A DNA stretch of 64,000 nucleotides, from the NCBI GenBank assembly GCA_049997795.1, contig JBEKVT010000001.1:243751-307750 (forward strand), read 5' to 3'. Below, in pieces: positions 57,138 through 64,000 of this stretch. Position 1 is the stretch's first letter, and every line of letters starts with the position of its first letter. The notes under the pieces are model-generated. The model was not told where the DNA came from. It searched no databases and worked only from the letters and a program-made list of their open reading frames with translations. Source of the DNA: Minisyncoccia bacterium (GTDB lineage Bacteria > Patescibacteriota > Minisyncoccia > Phycocordibacterales > PALSA-1337). The translations under genes were made by a program, and so were the position numbers.

Positions 57138-58946
57138 ATGGTTATTAGCAAACTCTACATTCAGAATTATCGTTGCTTTGGCGAGGAGCCCGCTGTTATT
57201 GATTTTGCAAAAACGAGCTTGATGGCATTTGTGGGTAGCAACAATGCCGGTAAGAGTACTGCATTAAGGGTAATAGAGATTTTACTTGGTGATAAATGGC
57301 CGTCGAGTCAGTTTTCAGAAGATGACTTTTACAAGAAAGACTTTGGGAGAAAAATTGTAATGGCATGTGAATTCTCAGAGAACATAGTTATTCCAGAATC
57401 ACGATCAGCAGGTGGACGTACAAAAAGCATTAAAGGTCTTATTATTGAAGTTGCATATCTATCTAGTGGGCATGGTCAAAATTCCACCGAGGTGGAATTT
57501 CATCTGATTGAAACAATAAATGACTTCAGTGTTGCTGATTGGCAGATTGCATGTTATGGAACATCCGATAAGAAAATATATGTATCACAAGAAATTAGAA
57601 ATCATCTCCCGATTGCTATCACTATCCCTTTGATCAAGCTCCAATCAGAGCAGCCATCGAACAAATGGAGTGTTATTGGTAAGATGCTTCAGAAAGTCGA
57701 AAATGCCTTTAGTAATGATCAATCAAAGAAAACACGATTTGAAAGAGGTATTAGAAGGGTAATGAGTATACTCCGTGAGCCAGCTGAATTTGCAACACTT
57801 GAAAGAGATGTAACTACGTTCTGGAACGAGGTAAAACCCAACAATCTTTCAGGGACTGCTCTGCAGTTTTTGGATTATGATCCATGGCATTATTATCGGC
57901 AATTCCATCTAGCTATTACAAAGAATAAAGAAGACGTTCCACTAGAAACACTAGGAGAAGGAATTCAGCGTTTGGCTATCATCTCTCTTTATCGCGCATA
58001 CTTGAAAGCGCATAGCCGAAATCAAAGAGCCATCCTTCTTATTGAAGAACCGGAGAGTTATCTACATCCTCAGGCTCGAAGTATTGTTTACAAGATACTT
58101 AGAAAAGCAGTGGAAGGAACAGATATTGAAGGTCAGATTATTTATACTACTCACTCATCAGATTTTCTGAGTTGTGAATTCTTTCAAGAAATTGTTGTAT
58201 TCACTGAAACTTCAGATGGGTCTATAACAAGACAGGTAAATAAACTGAGAATGCAGAGCCAAACTGCTGCTCTAACCGGAATCGACCCGGCTACGCAAAT
58301 TGACCCCATGATTTATTATAGGCTTACGGAAATTGATACCTATGGCTTAAAAGATGCACTGTTTTCCGGACTTGCAGTTATAGTCGAAGGTCCAACTGAT
58401 TTTGAATTTTTAAAGGCCTTTGGAGGAACTGAAGAAAAACAAACTTCAATTGTGATTGCTGCAGGTAAGGCTGTTATACCTGCAATATATTCATTTCTAA
58501 CAGCATTCGGTGTCAGAACTGCCGTCTGTATAGATCAGGATAATGCAAACCCCGGTGAATCGAACGCTACCCTTGCATCGTTGATAAACGAACGCAGGAT
58601 TAATAACCTTTCCTTACGTACACGAGTATTTACCGAAGCAGAAATCAACTCTGTTCCTGCCGGGTCACTAACTGTTTTCAGAAACTTACTAGTTTTCGCA
58701 AGAGATATTGAGAATGTTTTAGATTCCAGAATCCCGAATTATCATACACTTACTACTTCTCTAAAATCACGTCTAAATTTAGGCAACAGCAAACCAAAAC
58801 TCATGTTCGCTCTGAAACTGTGTGCCGAAGGAAGAATTCCTTCCCTGACTTTATCTACTGAACAAAGAGCAGCCTTAGAAACTCTTACTGCGGAAATCAA
58901 TACTTTTTTGAACCAACGGATTTTACAGCCCGTGCTTATAGTTTAA
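57138..58946 (+). CDS. OLD-family ATP-dependent endonuclease (N-terminal ABC-type ATPase + C-terminal Toprim), class 1 stand-alone architecture
   Basis: Walker A GSNNAGKST (aa 33-41), ABC signature-like LGEGIQRLAII, Walker B/H-loop ILLIEEPESYLHPQ, Toprim Glu in LAVIVEGPTDFEFL and DxD in CIDQDNANPGE; 602 aa (P2 Old is 586 aa). Confidence 0.8.
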   Translation: MVISKLYIQNYRCFGEEPAVIDFAKTSLMAFVGSNNAGKSTALRVIEILLGDKWPSSQFSEDDFYKKDFGRKIVMACEFSENIVIPESRSAGGRTKSIKGLIIEVAYLSSGHGQNSTEVEFHLIETINDFSVADWQIACYGTSDKKIYVSQEIRNHLPIAITIPLIKLQSEQPSNKWSVIGKMLQKVENAFSNDQSKKTRFERGIRRVMSILREPAEFATLERDVTTFWNEVKPNNLSGTALQFLDYDPWHYYRQFHLAITKNKEDVPLETLGEGIQRLAIISLYRAYLKAHSRNQRAILLIEEPESYLHPQARSIVYKILRKAVEGTDIEGQIIYTTHSSDFLSCEFFQEIVVFTETSDGSITRQVNKLRMQSQTAALTGIDPATQIDPMIYYRLTEIDTYGLKDALFSGLAVIVEGPTDFEFLKAFGGTEEKQTSIVIAAGKAVIPAIYSFLTAFGVRTAVCIDQDNANPGESNATLASLINERRINNLSLRTRVFTEAEINSVPAGSLTVFRNLLVFARDIENVLDSRIPNYHTLTTSLKSRLNLGNSKPKLMFALKLCAEGRIPSLTLSTEQRAALETLTAEINTFLNQRILQPVLIV

Positions 58947-59096
58947 TAAAGTGGCTGTCGATATTCTTCCAATTCTCGTTGCACGAGGGCTCACCCCCGT
59001 ACCAGACAGCCAGTCTGAATCAACGTAGTATCGAAGTTATGCCGAAGAGTTCCTAGACTTCGTTTATTGCAGATTAGTCCTGTATGACTAATCCCA

Positions 59097-59525
59097 TTAT
59101 TTAAATTTCTTCTTCCAGTCTATTCCAAAGGCGAGAAGCATAATGAGAAGGGCTACTGGAATTGAGACCATTAGCCACATTGAAATAAAAATTAATCCCA
59201 TCAATGTATATCCTTGCCATATCGGCACACTGCTTGCTTGGGTCGATGTGGCTATTGACGCAAGCGGAATCACATATGATCCGATTCCTATAAGTATCGT
59301 GTTATTTAGCCATTTTAAATGCCTCTCATCAATCTTGTCACCAAGAGCCGTGAAGAAAATGTAGTCGATGATATAAGCTGCTACAAGTATACATCCTGCC
59401 AGCTGCACACCAGAGAAAATAGTGAGAAAAAAGACTAGCATTATGACCACGAATTGTAGGCGGATCTCGATTTTGTTAGTCAATCTTTCTTTCATATCTT
59501 GCATGGCATAAGTATACATCATCAC
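59097..59525 (-). CDS. hypothetical 4-TM small membrane protein
   Basis: About 140 aa, four hydrophobic helices, AT-rich codon usage like its neighbours; convergent with the OLD gene. Start ambiguous (MMMYTYAMQDMKERL...). Confidence 0.5.
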   Translation of the reverse strand: MMMYTYAMQDMKERLTNKIEIRLQFVVIMLVFFLTIFSGVQLAGCILVAAYIIDYIFFTALGDKIDERHLKWLNNTILIGIGSYVIPLASIATSTQASSVPIWQGYTLMGLIFISMWLMVSIPVALLIMLLAFGIDWKKKFK

Positions 59526-59633
59526 AAATGATGTTTTTAATCTTGTAATTTCGATGTAGAATTAACTAGAGTCCTGAAATGTTACTTCGCTAGTTAAAAA
59601 GGTCCCAACGACACACCTCGCAGCTACAAGAAT

Positions 59634-60377
59634 ATGCAAAATGAAATAATCAATTCATTTAAAGAGGAGATAAAGAAAAGATTAACCACCTCTTTTTATG
59701 GCACATATATTATATTCTGGCTCATCTTTCATCATGAGTTTGTTCTCTCGTTATTCTTTGCAGATGGTGACAAAATATGGTCTACAACAGGACTTCTGAA
59801 GAGTCAGTATCTAAGCAAAGAATTTTTTAACTCCCAAGATTGGCACTCCTATTTGGGGTGGATGGTACCAATTATTTTGACCTGGCTATTTATTGAATAT
59901 TTCCAGAAGTACGTTGCTATTTACTTTTTTAGACTTGAACAGTTATATGATACTGAAAAGAAAATTATCCAAATTTCTGAACAAAGAAAAATAGAGGTTG
60001 CACAAAAGAGTCTTGAAAAAGCAAGTGTTGAAAAACTAGAAGTTGTAGAAAAGAAAACACAAAAAGAAAAACAAATACGATCCATTGACCCAACAATAGA
60101 GTGGCAAAAGGAACTCGAGTACATTTCTTCTAACCAGTCTGCATTGATGGCTATTAGGGACGCGGTTCTTATTATCTATAGAAGTGGTGGCGAATTCACA
60201 GGTGACGTTGGACTTTCAAATTCTATCGCTCAACCATACCTAAACCCAGATTCATTGTCACGCCTTGATACTATGGATATAGTCAGTATTTCTAAAGGAA
60301 TTTATGGCAATAAAATAGCATTTACCAGTAAAGGTAAGTATTTAGTGAGAAGACTACAAGAACAAGGAAAGGTTTAG
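59634..60377 (+). CDS. hypothetical membrane protein with two TM helices, Lys/Glu-rich coiled coil, and C-terminal winged-helix-like domain
   Basis: TSFYGTYIIFWLIFHHEFVLSLFF and LGWMVPIILTWLFIEYF helices; EQRKIEVAQKSLEKASVEKLEVVEKKTQKEKQIR coiled coil; C-terminal ...IAFTSKGKYLVRRLQE. Confidence 0.5.
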   Translation: MQNEIINSFKEEIKKRLTTSFYGTYIIFWLIFHHEFVLSLFFADGDKIWSTTGLLKSQYLSKEFFNSQDWHSYLGWMVPIILTWLFIEYFQKYVAIYFFRLEQLYDTEKKIIQISEQRKIEVAQKSLEKASVEKLEVVEKKTQKEKQIRSIDPTIEWQKELEYISSNQSALMAIRDAVLIIYRSGGEFTGDVGLSNSIAQPYLNPDSLSRLDTMDIVSISKGIYGNKIAFTSKGKYLVRRLQEQGKV

Positions 60378-60530
60378 GGATAACGATTACTTGCTTAAGT
60401 AGCAGTCCTAACTTCATCCTGCAAGTCCGGTAAAATTAATTCGTATTAAAGATCATTTAACGGTCTAAATCCGTCAAAAAGGTTCCAACATCGTCCGTGC
60501 CAGCCGATTTAAGACGCTTTCAGGCTCCCC

Positions 60531-60558
60531 TTGACTTCCTTTTTCCTTCAGGTAAACT
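60531..60558 (+). promoter_or_regulatory. candidate sigma70-type promoter for the 16S rRNA gene (TTGACT-16-TAAACT)
   Basis: TTGACT 60531-60536, TAAACT 60553-60558, about 250 nt upstream of the 16S 5' end. Confidence 0.4.
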
Positions 60559-60809
60559 AGCTCTTACCTCTCATAACAAGCAAAACGCCTTGTTACCCGA
60601 GGCGGAACTTTGAAAGTCACATAAAGAGAATGTATTAAGCTTCTTCGAGGTCCTGCTAACCCGGGACGACGAGGAAAGTGCAAGTACACATATATTCAAA
60701 CAATGATTACGATGGATTCCGTAGATTCAACGGATCCGACCGAGCAGAGGATGGCGAAATTAAGATAGACGGTTAGCGCCTTCTATTTTGTTCCGTTCGC
60801 TTATAGTTA

Positions 60810-62300
<1,491 letters not shown>

Positions 62301-62473
62301 CAACGTTCTTCCGAAAGGAAGGACTTATGTCGATCTCATCCCAGAAGGATGAGGGGTGATCGCTCTCCGACCGTAAACGGGAGCGCTTAGTCCCCGAAGA
62401 GAGGGGACACCACATGGACAGCCTCAATTGAGCTGTTCATGGGCGAACGGGACAAAATAGAGCGCGCTACGAA

Positions 62474-62501
62474 AAGACCGCCCAACAGGGCGGTTTTTTC
62501 G
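62474..62501 (+). terminator. rho-independent terminator after the 16S rRNA
   Basis: ACCGCCCAACAGGGCGGTTTTTTC. Confidence 0.7.
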
Positions 62502-62505
62502 TGTA

Positions 62506-62533
62506 TTGACAAATATACAATTTCTGTTATACT
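62506..62533 (+). promoter_or_regulatory. consensus-like sigma70 promoter (TTGACA-16-TATACT)
   Basis: TTGACA 62506-62511, TATACT 62528-62533; drives the small ORF at 62543. Confidence 0.5.
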
Positions 62534-62542
62534 TTTAAGCGA

Positions 62543-62764
62543 ATGAACATTAAACCTTTTCCGTTAGATCGGCGCAGTCCGCTCGAGCGCAAGCTTGATG
62601 GACTGCCTCGTTGGAAACAAGCACTGATCTCCATTCCAACCTGGGTCGTGACCATATATATCGGTTTAGGATTGCTCCGTGCATTCGCCGCTCTGGCGTT
62701 TAGACACGCACCGATGTACTGGCCGTGGCTTGACTGGTGGTGGGTGTGGTTGTTCCATCCGTAG
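62543..62764 (+). CDS. candidate 73-aa small membrane protein with Trp-rich C-terminus
   Basis: [73 protein letters not shown]; self-contained unit between a strong promoter and a terminator. Could instead be a non-coding leader. Confidence 0.4.
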   Translation: MNIKPFPLDRRSPLERKLDGLPRWKQALISIPTWVVTIYIGLGLLRAFAALAFRHAPMYWPWLDWWWVWLFHP

Positions 62765-62774
62765 GATTCTTTCG

Positions 62775-62810
62775 GGGCGCCGGACCAGATTCGGCGCCCT
62801 TTCTCTTTTC
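62775..62810 (+). terminator. rho-independent terminator
   Basis: GGGCGCCGGACCAGATTCGGCGCCC followed by TTTCTCTTTT. Confidence 0.65.
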
Positions 62811-62839
62811 CGGCAATTGCTTTATAGTGAGTGCCGAAC

Positions 62840-62921
62840 GGGCACGTGGCGGAACTGGTATACGCGTACGCCTCAGAAGCGTATGGAGCAATCCTTGGGA
62901 GTTCGAGTCTCCCCGTGCCCA
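62840..62921 (+). tRNA. tRNA-Leu (anticodon CAG), type II with long variable arm
   Basis: Acceptor GGGCACG/CGTGCCC, 3-bp D-stem GCG/CGC, anticodon stem TACGC/GCGTA with loop CTCAGAA, 13-nt variable arm, T-arm GGGAG-TTCGAGT-CTCCC, discriminator A; CCA not encoded. Confidence 0.8.
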
Positions 62922-62951
62922 CAAGCGTTCGAGATGCTATCATAAGCCCCA

Positions 62952-64000
62952 ATGTCAAAACGGCAGGCCTATTTCGACAACGCTTCCACGACGCCCTTAG
63001 ACCCGCGCGTCTTGAAAGCCATGATGCCGTATCTTGAAGGAGAATATGGCAATCCTTCCAATCTCTATGCCATGGGCCGTCATGCCAGGGCGGCCATCGC
63101 CGAAGCCGGCATGACCATCGCCAAGCTTCTCGGCTGTCGGCCGGACGAGTTCATCTTCACCGGTTCGGCCACAGAGGCTGATAATTTGGCTGTTGTCGGC
63201 GCGGCCAGGGCCCACAGAGCCGCCGGCAACCGCATCATCATCTCAAGCCTCGAGCATAAGGGAATCATGGCTGCCTGCGACGCCCTGGAGAAAGAAGGCT
63301 TCGAGATTATAAAACTACCCGTCGGCAAGGATGGCATAGTAAGCTCTGACGAGGTCAAAAAGGCTTTGAATGAAAAGACGATCATCGTTTCGGTGACCAT
63401 GGCCGACAGCGAGACGGGGACTTTGCAGCCGATCGAGAAGATCTCGGCGGTCGTTAAGTCATTCCGCGGAGACAAGCCGTTGCCATACTTCCACACCGAC
63501 GCCAGCCAAGCCGCCGCCTACGCCGACGTGAATGTTGAAAAGCTGGGAGTAGACATGATGACGCTGTCTGCGCACAAGCTCCGCGGCCCGAAGGGGATCG
63601 GCGGCCTTTTCGTCCGCCGCGGCGTCAAGTTGAGTCCGGTCGTGTACGGCGGCGGCCAACAGGGGCGCCTGCGCTCCGGGACTGAGAACGTGCCAGGCAT
63701 CGTCGGCTTCGGCGTGGCTATGGGATTGAACGAGAAGAGCAAGAGAGCCGAAGGCGCCAAGGTCAAGAAGATGCGCGACGCTCTAGAGAAAGGCATATTC
63801 AAGTCCATAGACAAAGTCGTCCTGAACGGCCATCCGACCGAGCGCCTGCCGAACTTCCTGAACATCTCCATCCTGGACGTCGAAGGCGAGTCGCTGCTCC
63901 TCGAGCTCGACGAGCACGGCATCATGATAAACACCGGCTCGGCCTGCAATTCCGAGAGTTTGGAGCCGTCGTATGTCTTGACGGCCCTCGGCAACCCATA
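62952..64000 (+). CDS. iscS: cysteine desulfurase (IscS/NifS family), 3'-partial at window end
   Basis: [53 protein letters not shown]... PLP-lysine [19 protein letters not shown], active-site [16 protein letters not shown]. Absent from the ORF track because it runs off the edge; the antisense ORFs there are artefacts. Confidence 0.85.
   Translation, partial: MSKRQAYFDNASTTPLDPRVLKAMMPYLEGEYGNPSNLYAMGRHARAAIAEAGMTIAKLLGCRPDEFIFTGSATEADNLAVVGAARAHRAAGNRIIISSLEHKGIMAACDALEKEGFEIIKLPVGKDGIVSSDEVKKALNEKTIIVSVTMADSETGTLQPIEKISAVVKSFRGDKPLPYFHTDASQAAAYADVNVEKLGVDMMTLSAHKLRGPKGIGGLFVRRGVKLSPVVYGGGQQGRLRSGTENVPGIVGFGVAMGLNEKSKRAEGAKVKKMRDALEKGIFKSIDKVVLNGHPTERLPNFLNISILDVEGESLLLELDEHGIMINTGSACNSESLEPSYVLTALGNP

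Larger units (their letters stand above)
56990..60500. other. low-GC genomic island between secF and the 16S rRNA promoter (probable horizontally acquired cassette)
   Basis: Abrupt shift to AT-rich composition (by eye about 35-40% GC versus about 60% in the flanks); three genes of non-housekeeping character; short AAAAAGGTYCCAAC-like repeats at 57038 (inverted), 59596 and 60476. Confidence 0.55.

Noticed and set aside
57036-60493. Island-flanking repeats as bona fide att sites or terminal inverted repeats of a transposon.
   Set aside because: Only about 14-19 nt are shared and with mismatches, and no integrase, transposase or tRNA target is present. They are reported as a weak observation inside the island finding, not as a mobile-element feature.
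62527-62958. Minus-strand 143-aa ORF spanning the tRNA-Leu gene and the terminator.
   Set aside because: It overlaps a high-confidence tRNA and a terminator hairpin on the opposite strand; its composition is non-protein-like.

Overview
This is a gene-dense, high-GC (roughly 60%) bacterial chromosomal segment dominated by housekeeping genes.

**Gene content**
- tRNA/rRNA modification: queA and an RlmI-like methyltransferase.
- A folate/thymidylate cluster (folD ... thyA-like, dcd, DHFR, a YfbR-like HD deoxynucleotidase, dCMP deaminase, tmk, glyA).
- Four aminoacyl-tRNA synthetases: argS, ileS, glyQS, metG.
- Ribosomal and translocon genes: secE-nusG-rplK, rpsF-ssb-rpsR, rplJ-rplL, secDF.
- DNA maintenance: recO, recA, ftsK.
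- An envelope glycosylation set: ftsW/rodA, a GT4 glycosyltransferase, a WbaP-like transferase and an epimerase.
- Several large secreted surface proteins.
- rRNA genes: 23S-5S at about 45.3-49.1 kb and 16S at about 60.8-62.3 kb, each with its own promoter, plus tRNA-Leu(CAG).
- A partial iscS/nifS gene runs off the right end.

The divergent 16S, unlinked rRNA genes, apparent lack of a canonical anti-SD, near absence of SD motifs and insertion-bearing synthetases are consistent with a Patescibacteria/CPR-like lineage, but this is not provable from one window.

**Most unusual observations**
1. A roughly 450-nt intervening sequence in helix 45 of the 23S rRNA, closed by a 19-bp stem and containing a near-perfect tRNA-like element with a 72-nt insertion in its anticodon loop.
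2. An IleS gene with a complete histidine-phosphatase (PGAM-like, RHGE motif) domain inserted in-frame between the two halves of a Cys4 zinc knuckle.
3. A 3.4-kb AT-rich island between secF and the 16S gene, encoding a stand-alone OLD-family (ABC ATPase + Toprim) nuclease and two membrane proteins with short flanking repeats. This is a candidate horizontally acquired defence module.
4. A thymidylate-synthase-family enzyme with Asn-to-Asp at the pyrimidine-specificity position, sitting in a dedicated deoxypyrimidine operon.
5. Discrete low-GC patches inside otherwise high-GC argS, ileS and metG.

No CRISPR arrays, transposases or prophage genes were seen.
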